This document shows positions 12,636 through 23,186 of a stretch of DNA of 64,000 nucleotides, one piece after another. Made by a program: the position numbers and the translations under genes. This DNA is from Octopus vulgaris (taxonomy: Eukaryota): contig OX597820.1 in NCBI GenBank assembly GCA_951406725.2, positions 89,962,001-90,026,000 on the forward strand. Reading direction: 5' to 3'. Below the pieces are notes generated by a model. The model saw only the letters and a list, made by a program, of their open reading frames with translations, did not search any database and was not told the origin of the DNA. The first letter of the stretch is position 1. The number at the start of each line of letters is the position of its first letter.

Positions 12636-12645
<10 letters not shown>
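11460..12645 (+). mobile_element. Non-coding PLE-like element with ~210-bp inverted termini in (TA)n
   Basis: 11460-11669 is the diverged reverse complement of 12436-12645. (TA)n lies on both sides and a hammerhead motif overlaps the right arm. Confidence 0.8.
12389..12476 (+). ncRNA. Type I hammerhead motif with ~61-nt stem II
   Basis: TAAC-CTGATGA-[TTGACTATATT...AATACAGCCAC]-GAAACACGTGTC-GTTA; palindromic stem III ACACGTGT; GUC site. Confidence 0.7.
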
Positions 12646-12704
<59 letters not shown>

Positions 12705-13560
12705 AATAGCACTCACTTTACATAGTTTTAATATTAAAAAAAAATATATATATTTATAGTGTTTGTCGACCGGTTTGACTTTTGCTACACATGACATTGA
12801 AATTTCTGTAATTTCGTATCCAACCAAACTTCACAGTTTTCCCCGTCTACTAGAGCAAAGAAACAATTTCTCTACAAGATCGTTTAGAGAAAGAAAATTT
12901 GTTCATCAAAAATACAGAACACGTCTATATATGACCAGATAGCCAACTTTGATCTCAGTATATATCTTAATTCATAATCACAAACCTATCTCTGTACATA
13001 TTTCATCTCGCTACTTCAGCTTCTCAGTTTTCGTGTATATTTATTTATCCCCCAACCACGGTAAGATGAACAATTACCTCCTCTTCCCTTACAATAATGA
13101 TCAGCAATTACCTCCCTTTAGATTTTTCTACTTGTTGAATCATTCATAAACTCCACACGCAACAGGGACTAAAATAGTCTTAAGATAATAAGAAATTACA
13201 ATAATTCCAATGTCATGATTAGTGAAAGCGAAACCGTTTGACCAACACTATAAAATATTTATTTCCTTTTATTTTCATTTTTGTTTCGTCTAGTTTCAGC
13301 TCACGAGATGATGCCATGCTGGGGCACCGCAATTTGGTGTTGTTACATAACTTTACTTCACGAATGCTTTTTAGTAATTGATATTTTGTGCACGAGAGAG
13401 TTTGATGCAGTTGCCCTCATCTGCACCTTCTGCGGCGAAGTTGGTTCCTCTGTGACATCTGATAGGAAGAGGTCCAGCTTTATTTTGAAGACACCTACAT
13501 CCACCCAATATATTTAAAAATCTACTAAAACTATGTGAAGTGTGTGCATTTTCATTCTCT

Positions 13561-13593
<33 letters not shown>

Positions 13594-13963
13594 ACGTGAT
13601 CTGTGATAGAAAGTTCAACAAAAAGTACTCCATCTCGTGAGAGATAATTATTGTTTATCTGAAGGTCACTATACATGTATTTAAACGCTAGGAAATATTC
13701 AAATGTGGAGAAAAATCAAACATATTCTACAAGCGTAAACCTCCTATCATAACGAACTAAAGAAATTGAATAATAGAAGAAATGCGAAAACACTGTGAAG
13801 ACAGCTTATAGAAAGAGCAGAGAGTAAAATAATGGAAATCGAAATACAGAAGCTAAAATGTAAAAAGATGAAGTGCTATCCTCCTTAGACCATAAATGAT
13901 AAGGCCACAAAGATATAAATTCAGTCTGGTATAGGCGGAATTTTTGAAATGTTCAAAATATAT

Positions 13964-14340
13964 TTATATATATATGTAGACAACCTCTGAAACGTTTTGA
14001 CCTGGGTCCAATAAACTGTTAGGGGTCTTAAATCTGAACAGGATCTGCGGTCTTTCAACCAATGAAAGTCTACATTTACTCGATCCAGTCACATAAGTTA
14101 AGCATTTCTCATTTACTCTCCATTTAATCACATGCTTTGTTTTGTTATCTTTCAAAGTCCATACGTAGCTAGTCAAATTTGTAGCCTTACCTTTATCCCT
14201 ATTTTGGAAGGAGACTGTGTGATTAGGATAACGTGTTTTAAATCCACCATCACATAATCCACTATAGGTCTTCTTATTAGTTGTGCTAGTATTTAGTGTT
14301 GCAGTAACTTCTGCCTTATATACAGGGGGCGTAAGATGTT
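13964..14340 (-). mobile_element. Penelope-like GIY-YIG endonuclease fragment (Naiad/Hydra-type motifs)
   Basis: VYKAEV...TYSGLCDGGFKTRYPNHTVSF...TNLTSYVWTLK...IKW...Y...KCRLSLVER. Confidence 0.8.
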
Positions 14341-14449
14341 TGAGGACAGATTTATGTTTATGAAGCAATGAAAATATATATTAAAACAGATAATAACTTT
14401 TTTTTATCTAAAAACGCTATGAGGATAAAGAGAAACCTTCTTTCCTATC

Positions 14450-15045
14450 ATGCTATTCAGTAAGGCCACCTTCAACTTCAATGACTACTTCTATATGAGG
14501 TCTAAATCATCTACATGCTCCAATCAAGTGGTTCTGGTTCAGTTTGGACATTACTCTGATTATGGCATCTACTGAAGAATCTTTGGTGTTATGGGCGTAT
14601 TCATTGATCTCTGTGTCAACAACGCTCCACACATAATATTCTAATGGATTGAGATCTGGGGAATTAGAAGGCTAGACGTTAGGAGTTAAGTGACCACGAA
14701 AAGCTTCAGCCATCCATTCTCGTGTGACTATAGCAATGTGTGATAATGCAGAGTCTTACTGAAACACATATGGCCTTCCGTTGCATACGCCGTCTATACA
14801 GGGCTTAACAATTATTTCCAGGACATCAAAGTAGGCGGCAGAGCTAACGCTAAGGCTACGTCGAAAAACATAAGGAGGCATCACGTGTCCTTCATTGCTG
14901 ACAACCCCTAAAACTATGACATTTGCAGGAAATTTTGTATGCATGACACTTGGAACTTCAGGAGGGTCTACACATAGTCATCTCTTATTCCTTCTGTTAG
15001 CTTTTTGATCTTGACCGAAGTTTTTCTCGTTTTAGGAAAACCAAA
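14450..15045 (-). mobile_element. Tc1/mariner DD37D (maT-like) transposase relic
   Basis: TKFPANVIVLGVVSNEGHVMPP...RPYVFQ*DSA...PSNSPDLNPLEYYVW, with stop codons. Confidence 0.85.
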
Positions 15046-15129
15046 TCAAATATTCTGCCCATACACCAACTTATATAATATTTTATTTAAAGATAATATT
15101 TAAACCAATTGTTTGGAAAACAAACATAC

Positions 15130-15592
15130 TCGTTGATATAGTTGCGCTCTCTGAAACTCGTCTCTCTGGTGAGGGTCAATAAATAAACTTACTATCTTTT
15201 GGAGAGGCCTACCTAAGGGTAAGCGTAAAGAATATGGTGTTGGGTTTTGCTCTCAAGAATACATTAGTATCCTCCATAGCAGAGTTTCCAATTGGTATAT
15301 CTCAACGGATCATGTCATGCGGTATGAAACTGACACAAGGTAGGTTTCTTACCGTTATCAGTATTTACGCACCAACAATCTCCCATTCTGATGAAACTGT
15401 AGGACAGTTTTATGATGATCTAGCACAATTATTGGGGAAAGTACCAATTTCTAACAAGCTGGTCATGTTGGGAGATTTCAATGCAAGAGTTGGAAAGGAT
15501 TATGTTTCATAGCCTGTTTTAGGTTGACATGGGATTGGAGAATGTAATAAAACTGGAGTAGCTCTTTTGAGGTTTTGTACTGAGAATAATCT
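15130..15592 (+). mobile_element. RTE-clade LINE AP-endonuclease fragment
   Basis: DIVALSETR, GVGFALK, ISIYAPT, FYDDL, LGDFNARVG and HGIGECN..G..LL.FC. Confidence 0.9.
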
Positions 15593-15599
15593 GTATATA

Positions 15600-15649
<50 letters not shown>

Positions 15650-15711
15650 TAGATAGATAGGTAGATAGATAGATAGATGGATGGATGGATGGATGGATGG
15701 ATGGATGGATG

Positions 15712-15754
<43 letters not shown>

Positions 15755-15777
15755 TAATAGATAGATAGATAGATAAG
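15593..15777. repeat. (TA)n-(GATA)n-(GGAT)n compound microsatellite
   Basis: Direct reading. Confidence 0.97.
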
Positions 15778-15965
15778 TTTCTTTATTGGCCACACAGGGC
15801 TGCACACAGATGGGACAAGTTACAAGGTAGAGCTTTTCTTTTGGGGGATGAAGAAAACAAAAAACAAAAGAAAAAAGGGGGTGGCGTAGGTTTTCAATCA
15901 AGAGGGATCGTAAAAGGGAAGAAAAGAACAAAAACAAAAAAAATTGAATAAAATAAAAAGAATAA
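15778..15965 (-). mobile_element. Short retroelement 3' tail embedded in (GATA)n
   Basis: The end TTTCTTTATTGGCCACACAGGGCTGCACACAGATGGGACAA resembles the SINE-A tail. GATA repeats lie on both sides. Confidence 0.65.
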
Positions 15966-16239
15966 AAAGAATAGATAGATAGATAGATAGATAAATAGAT
16001 AAACAGATAGATACCTACGCTTATTTTATTTATTTATTTACCTATATATTATGAGCGATAGTCCATAATTTTGTTATTTATATAGGTAAAAAAACAGTAA
16101 ATTCTTTGGATATTTAATATCCCTTAGGTGGTTATTTAACACATAACTAAGTTTTTATCTTTTGCATAGATTCTGCTTATTTATTTGCTACTTTTTAGCA
16201 TCAGTAAATATATTTGTCTGATATAGAATATTACTAGAT

Positions 16240-16580
16240 AATAGAAACTATTACAATTGACACATCTCTTAAAGACATACCAATACCTCAAAAAAAAATT
16301 TATATGATAGAACGTATAGCCAAAATAACAAACTTCATGCATAGACTAAGATAGAGAAATTTTTATTACGATGAAGACCAAATGAATATCACTAATTACA
16401 ATACGGATAATAGCATGGATTTTACCTCTGGACTATTTAAAACCAGGAATAAGCCATTACATAATAACCTCCTCGAAACATTTGAACAAGAACTATGGAC
16501 ATTTTAGCTATAAAGCCAATCTCCCTCTTTCTTTATAATAAATAATAATAATAGTAATGATATTAATAATAATAATAATA

Positions 16581-16638
<58 letters not shown>

Positions 16639-17109
16639 CAACATCAACAACGATAATAATAATAATAAGTAGGTGTAAACACCTGGACAAAATAAAAATA
16701 AACAAAAACAAAAATCAAATTATACGAACAGGAGATACAAATATTACAGGCACTTCCCCCCACCCACACACTAACTAAACATAGACACATATAGAGGTAT
16801 ACGCATGCGCAAATGAAGACACATACAATAGGAATACAAAATACAAAATGTCTGACCGTTAGTAAGGCGAGACACACAAATAAGAAAGAAGAAAGCATAG
16901 GACCACTGATGAGGTCACAGGAGTGTGACGAAAGAACTCTGGCCTAAATAAGATTAAGATTAATGTAAAAAATGAATAACGCTGAAGTAAAATAACACCA
17001 AATATATAGTGCGTGTATTTTTATTGGCTAAACTGGTAAAATGACCATTCCTAAATACAACAATATCTGTTTCAACACACGATTTCACATTAAAAAAAAA
17101 ATCTTGCAA

Positions 17110-17110
<1 letters not shown>
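16240..17110 (+). mobile_element. Internally deleted PLE (N-terminal ORF remnant plus hammerhead-bearing terminus)
   Basis: SLKDIPIPQKKIY..IAKITNFMHRLR*...GLFKTR...LETFEQEL resembles the Naiad-type N-terminus. It is followed by (TAA)n, a hammerhead and (TA)n. Confidence 0.65.
16898..16946 (+). ncRNA. Type I hammerhead motif (slightly degenerate)
   Basis: TAGGACCA-CTGATGA-G-GTCAC(AGGAGT)GTGAC-GAAAGAACTC-TGGCCTA. Confidence 0.65.
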
Positions 17111-17177
<67 letters not shown>

Positions 17178-17234
17178 AACAGACAGACAGAGAGTGTGAA
17201 AGAGAGAGATAAATAGACAGACAGATAGTCCGGC

Positions 17235-17558
17235 AGATAGATGCAACATAGGGAAGGATCCAGCTAAGGCGTTTACGTAAAACAAGAACACAAGTGTGTT
17301 TAAAGATTCTGTTTTTATGGAATACTTCCATTACACATTTTTATGGAATACTTCCATTACATAATAGAAATCAGTTTACCTTGCCTCTTAACTAAATTTT
17401 AATCGCACGATAACAATTGTTTTTCATGACGGAATCGTTGTAATCAAAGAAGTCATCAATAAGAAATGCGTCTGAAAGAGCTGTAATGAAACTTTAAACC
17501 CATTTGTGTTCTTGTTTTGCTCAAATGCCATATCTGGAATCTTTCTTAAGTTAGATAT
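17235..17558. mobile_element. MITE-like element with ~70-bp imperfect terminal inverted repeats
   Basis: AAAACAAGAACACAAGTGTGTTTAAAG (17279-17305) pairs with CTTTAAACCCATTTGTGTTCTTGTTTT (17492-17518), and the similarity extends outward. An internal ~25-bp tandem duplication is present. Confidence 0.65.
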
Positions 17559-17809
17559 TTGATAGTGAGCACGCATGTGTGCGTGTATATATATTTATGA
17601 ATATGTTTGCATATTTTAACTGTACATATGTGCTGAATTAGATAGTTTCCTGGTGTCCTGAATACATTTATATTTGGATTGACTAGATCATCCTTATTCA
17701 GTCACAAACCTCAATGATGTACTGATAGAAGCATTACCACTACCTCTTCCCACAGATAGCTATATAATATAACGATGAGATCGACCGCCCTGATTTTGGT
17801 ATTTTTTTA

Positions 17810-18113
17810 ATTTATGCGCCTTTTTCAAGCCTAACCAGGCTCATGGGCCCGGTTTCCCGGTTTCTATGGCGTTTGTGCCCCCCATCAGCTGGGCGGGACG
17901 CCAGTCCATCGCAGCATTACTCAAGAAGCAGGAAGAAAGAGTGAGAGAAAGTTGGGCCGAAAGAGTACAACAGGGGTCGCCACACCCCCTGCCGGAGCCT
18001 TGTGGAGCTTTAGGTGTTTTCGCTCAATAAACACGCACAACGCCCGGTCTGGGAATCGAAATCGCGATCCGACCGCGAGGCCGCTGCCCCAACCACTGGG
18101 CCATTGCGCCTCC
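17810..18113 (-). mobile_element. tRNA-derived SINE family B, tail type 1
   Basis: Head GGAGGCGCAATGGCCCAGTGG...TTCGATTCCC has A and B boxes and is shared with the 38475 copy. Confidence 0.88.
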
Positions 18114-19649
18114 GCTTATTTTCGTATGCTTTTATGTTATTGCTCAAAAGATTTGCTAAAATTTGGTTCCTTGTCATTTTCTCAAGAAGTATAACTTCTG
18201 TAATCTACTGGCCTCCTATCAAAATCAAGATGACTATTAGCTGAATGTATATAGCAAACTTGATCGGCTTCTTGAACTATTTTAGGCTCAATATATTTTT
18301 AGCGATTTAAATATGAAATACAATATTATCATTGCGTTGAAGTCTCTTTCTTGATAGTAATTATATCCTCATGTACTAAAAGCAATTTTAATAAGAGATC
18401 AATAATATGATTATTATCATATAGATATATTGCAATAACAGTAAATATTAAAATGATTTGTTGATTCATAGTGATACTGTAGTAACCGCGTTAGGCACAG
18501 AACAATCTCATCCATTTGCGTCCCCTACGACGTTTCCATTTTTGATAGAAAGCAATTTCGTTTTATTTCCGTCCAATGAATCATATGGGGGAGCGTATTA
18601 CTAACACATCATTCCGTTTTCCTTCCCCTAAAATTATAATATTTTGCTTCTAGTCTAAACAAAACCTCTGTCATCTGAGTGATTTTAGTGCAAGTGTATA
18701 AACCTTTAAGTATAGTATTGTAAGTAGTTAATACATTGTATCGAACATGAGAGAATTGAGATATAATGTAATTTTGATAGCAATAAAAAAAAATCAAATC
18801 TTTAAGCTATAGAGATGTTTCGTTTGGATAGTTATCCCAATATAATTCTCTATACCCTCAGGTCAAATAAATCATGAAAGATGTTGGTGTATCTATGATT
18901 AATGGCAGCACATATAATTTGGACGCCGACTGATAATCGTGACTTCTGTATTTTCAACAGAAAAATGTTGAAATACCAAAAACATGATTCTCGTTTGAAA
19001 CTTAGAGACAAAGATCTATAATCTATAGAAGAATTGTGTACTGTATATTTTAAGGAAGAGAAATGATAGAAAATTTCATAACTGATCACACAAACTTACA
19101 CATTCGTGCACGCACTTTCATGTCTACATATTCACACACATAACCTCATATATACACACACATATCAATGGCGTTTGAATCTCCGTACAATCTAATGACA
19201 GGCAAAACTTTGGCTGGATTAGAGGTTTAGTGTAAAGTAGGAAATAATTTTCTGGCAATCCTGTACCAATCCCAGTGTTAGATTGCTAAATTCTTTAGTT
19301 TGTTTGGGTTATTACAAGGTTTGATTATGTTCAGGCGTTCAATGTTTTGCCGATTTTTTCGGGATGTATGGCACTATGTATATGCATGATGACGCTAGTG
19401 TTTAGTGGTGCTAGACTATTGGTGATAATATCACGAGTTCGATTCCTGAAGCGAAAGATGCTCTATCTTCTTGTCAATGACGTATCCTTATAAGTTGCTT
19501 CAGTAGTCAATGATGTTGAAAATTGCTACTAGTCTAATGATTGTGCTGCATTCTTTCTCACCCCCACCTTCCTCTGTTACGGTCATTTTCTACCCCACCT
19601 CTCTCTCTCTCTTTAACTGTCGCAGCTCGATGTTCCTTTCGGTCAAGTA

Positions 19650-20340
19650 AGGCAATCCCAGTAGGCTATATTTGCTCCTGGCTACGTGATCACCTAAAAC
19701 AAGCGTGGAGCAATTTGTTATGCAATACGTATTTTTCTGCGATAAAAAAGCTTTTATATGTGACACTTCTAATTGATGGATCAACATGTTTATGCAAGGT
19801 GTTCTCCTTTGATTGTAGACACATGCAGATGGCTGATGGGGTATGCTTATACGAGGTCCATCATGTTATCTTTTGAAATATTCAAAGGGAATTGGATCAC
19901 ATTTTATAATCATTCGATAAGCTAGTTGTATAATTGCCGGTCTATAAATGCGAAACTGTTGCTGTTAAGAGATTTACTAATGTGGGAGTATGAGAGACGA
20001 CTCTTTGGCATTTGACAGTACCTCCATAATTGACCCGCAACACAAAACATTAAGTGCAATGTTCATATGCAATCCAGTACATAAATGCCCTTGATGTATC
20101 AAGGGAATGGTATTCAATCACTCTAGCTTTCACCTGCAAGCGTGCAGTCTCCTTTTTCCCTTTTTCCATCATTACTGTAATGGCTTCTGGTTCATGGAGT
20201 CGAATATTCTCGATTCGGCATCAAACTGGTATTTCTGGTCTACTCGTTTTCCCACGCATTATCAACAATGTTACGTCCATTGACCAAGCTTGCACAAAAC
20301 GTTATACCGAGTCCTGCTTTCCCAGAATATCAAACTTCTG
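19650..20340 (-). mobile_element. Degraded RTE-like RT fragment
   Basis: HQLEVSHIKAFL...CITN resembles the RTE LExFH..ITN motif. Weak evidence. Confidence 0.3.
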
Positions 20341-20989
20341 AAATTTTCACCCTGTTTATGTTCTGTATCTAAGCGTTGAGTTACAAGAGTTTAAATGAAA
20401 CTTTAACTGTATTGTAAAGCCAGAAAATATTTTAGGCACGCTTTCTCTCTTTTCTCTGATCTTGGCATTAAGAACTTAATTTAAATCATGCCATATATTG
20501 AATATGAATGCATCATCTAAGCACTGGTATATGTATATATACACCATGTATAAACACACAGAACCACACAGTCACACACACTCACACAGACGCAGACACA
20601 TATATATCATTGACACCTCGTTTTTGGAATGGGATCTCGAAGCACATAAATGCTATAAATAATGGCATGTAAATATAGGTCGTAAAAATCCTTTCAGACA
20701 GAAAAGTCGAAATCTGCTTCACCGATAAGAATAAAGATTCTAAACGGTTTAGGAAACTGGAAAGATTACTTTAGTTCATCAGATACATCAGATATGGGGT
20801 CGTATCCTGTGAGTAGCCTTCGACTTATTCTATCCTAACTGGAATTTTCAACCCAATATTTACATGCTATCATTTGTAGGATTCATGAGTTTCAAGAACC
20901 AATTCCAAAAATAATATTTTTGCATAAACTGTATCATAGATACGTATATATCCATTCTCTATTCATCATACGCGCGCGCGTATATATGT

Positions 20990-22152
20990 ATACCTGGGTT
21001 CAATAAAATAGTGGACACAATTCTAGGCCGTGACTTTCATTATATAAATTATACATGACTTGTACTTTACGTAATAAACCCCTGTTATTATTTTCAGCAA
21101 ATATTTATGATTACATAAGTTAAATGTGCCCGAATTGGAGAAATTGTGCAAGATGGTTAGGCTATCAGTCATTAAACGACAGATTTGGGGATTATTTCGT
21201 GATGTACTTTTTCTAAATTCGAGTTTGACTCCAAATCCAAGGCAAAATCAGCACCTAGCAAGCATAATTCTGGACAGAGGGCAAACTTCACAGGGAGGGA
21301 CGCAAAATAGTGAAATATATCTGAGAAAACCATGAAACTAGCAGCAACTGGAACAGAAGAGCTACAATACCTCCTTGCGAATCACTTTGCTCGTGTGCTC
21401 TATAAAGCTAGATTCCAGAGAATGTGTGCAATTCTTTAAATCCTCCTTTCACACACGATCATTTATAAGCGGGGAAAAATTGTGTCTGGTTTATCAAAAG
21501 TGGTTATTAATTAAATGGCCCAATGTCATCTTCTCCGATGAATTATTATTCAATTTTTTTTCCAGCTTCAGACCGAGTTTATGTCAAGAAAAAGCCCCCA
21601 ACCCCGCAAAAAGCCGTCAATTTTGATAGTTTGGTTCTTACCGTGTGCAAGTACGTAGCTCTGTGATTATATGAGGGGCTACTCTTGGGCCTTTAGTTAT
21701 TCTACATGACAGAGTGGAAGCCTTGGCTTATCTGCATATTTTCGCAGATCCTGCTCGTTCTGTGGTACAAATATTGCTCTCTGATGATAACGCAGTCTTC
21801 AACGATGATAATGCACCGAATCACACGGCTAATGTTATTTAAAATTGGTACGTAGAGTACCTCGATTGCTCATCACTACTCACTGGATCTCAATACAATC
21901 GAACAATTAAGATGCATTTCGGAGCCACAACAAACGAAGCGCTGCTTCTCTCTTCCATCATTGTCGAAAAAACTAAAGCCGTCTTAATGGAAAAGTGGTT
22001 CAGAATTGCCTGACAACCGTTCAGAATCACTTGTACGAGTTAATTCCTCGACATAATAAAGCCGTGATTGTGATCAAATGTACTGTAACTTCATGTTAAA
22101 TGATAAAACTGCCGTATAACAAGATGCTCCCATTATTTCCTCCAACCCATGT
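20990..22152 (+). mobile_element. Degenerate Tc1-like element
   Basis: KWPNVIFSDEL, GPLVIL, VFNDDNAPNHTA and an SPDLNxIE-like remnant. Degenerate TIRs (CTGGGTTCAATAAAATAGTGG / CCCATTATTTCCTCCAACCCATG). Confidence 0.8.
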
Positions 22153-22619
22153 TTGTGTGTTGTATATGTTGTGTGTTGTGTATGTTGTGTATTATGTGTT
22201 GTGTGGGTGTGTATGTGTGTGTATCTGTTTCTGTGTGAGTGAGTATGTGCAGATATAGCATAATGGAAATTTCCTATATTGTCATGTATTGAAATTAAAA
22301 TGCATCTTTAAATATGGATTAAAATTATAATTATTGTGCTATTCTCTTAACGCATCTGTAAGCCTCAAATACACACAGATAGGTAGGGGCATCCTGGATG
22401 AGTAATGGTCATAAATACGGACTTATTAAAATGCACCTAAGAATGGAATCCTGTCCTAGGTAAAAGAAAAAAAAAAGAAATCTTACAACACATCATAAAC
22501 ATAATAATACAAAGAAAAATTAGAAAAGAAATGAAAAATAGACAGTCGTAACATTCAGAACATCAGAACACAAATGTTTGTGCGACCCATCTTAAATTGA
22601 TTCTGGAGTTTTCTGTTTT

Positions 22620-22721
<102 letters not shown>

Positions 22722-22794
22722 ACTATTCTAGAACGGCTTGTTTTACAGCTTAAATCATCACGATTATCTCATACTCAGCCACTCGGCTTCATAC

Positions 22795-23186
22795 TCTTTT
22801 ACTTCTTTCAGTCATTTGACTGTGACCGTGCTGGAGCACCGCCTTTAGTCGACCCAGGACTTATTTTTTGTAAGCCTAGTATATATTCTATCGGTTACTT
22901 TTGCCGAACCGCTAAGTTACAGAGACGTAAACACACCAGCATCGGTTGTCAAGCGATGTTGGGGGAACAAACATAGACACAGAAACACACACGCATACAT
23001 ATATATATATATACATATATACGACGGGATTTGTTCAGTTTCCATCTACCAAATCCACTCACAAGGCTTTGATCGGCCTTAGGCTACAGTAGAAGACACT
23101 TGCTCAAGGTGCCATGCAGTGGAACTGAACCCGGAACAATGTGGTTCGTAAGCAAGCTACTTACCCCAAAGCCATTCCTACGCCTA
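22795..23186 (-). mobile_element. SINE family C (bipartite, internal TA/CA tract)
   Basis: tRNA-like head AGGCGTAGGAATGGCT...CCGGGTTCAGTTCCACT. Other copies at 49208, 46657 and 39190. Confidence 0.88.
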
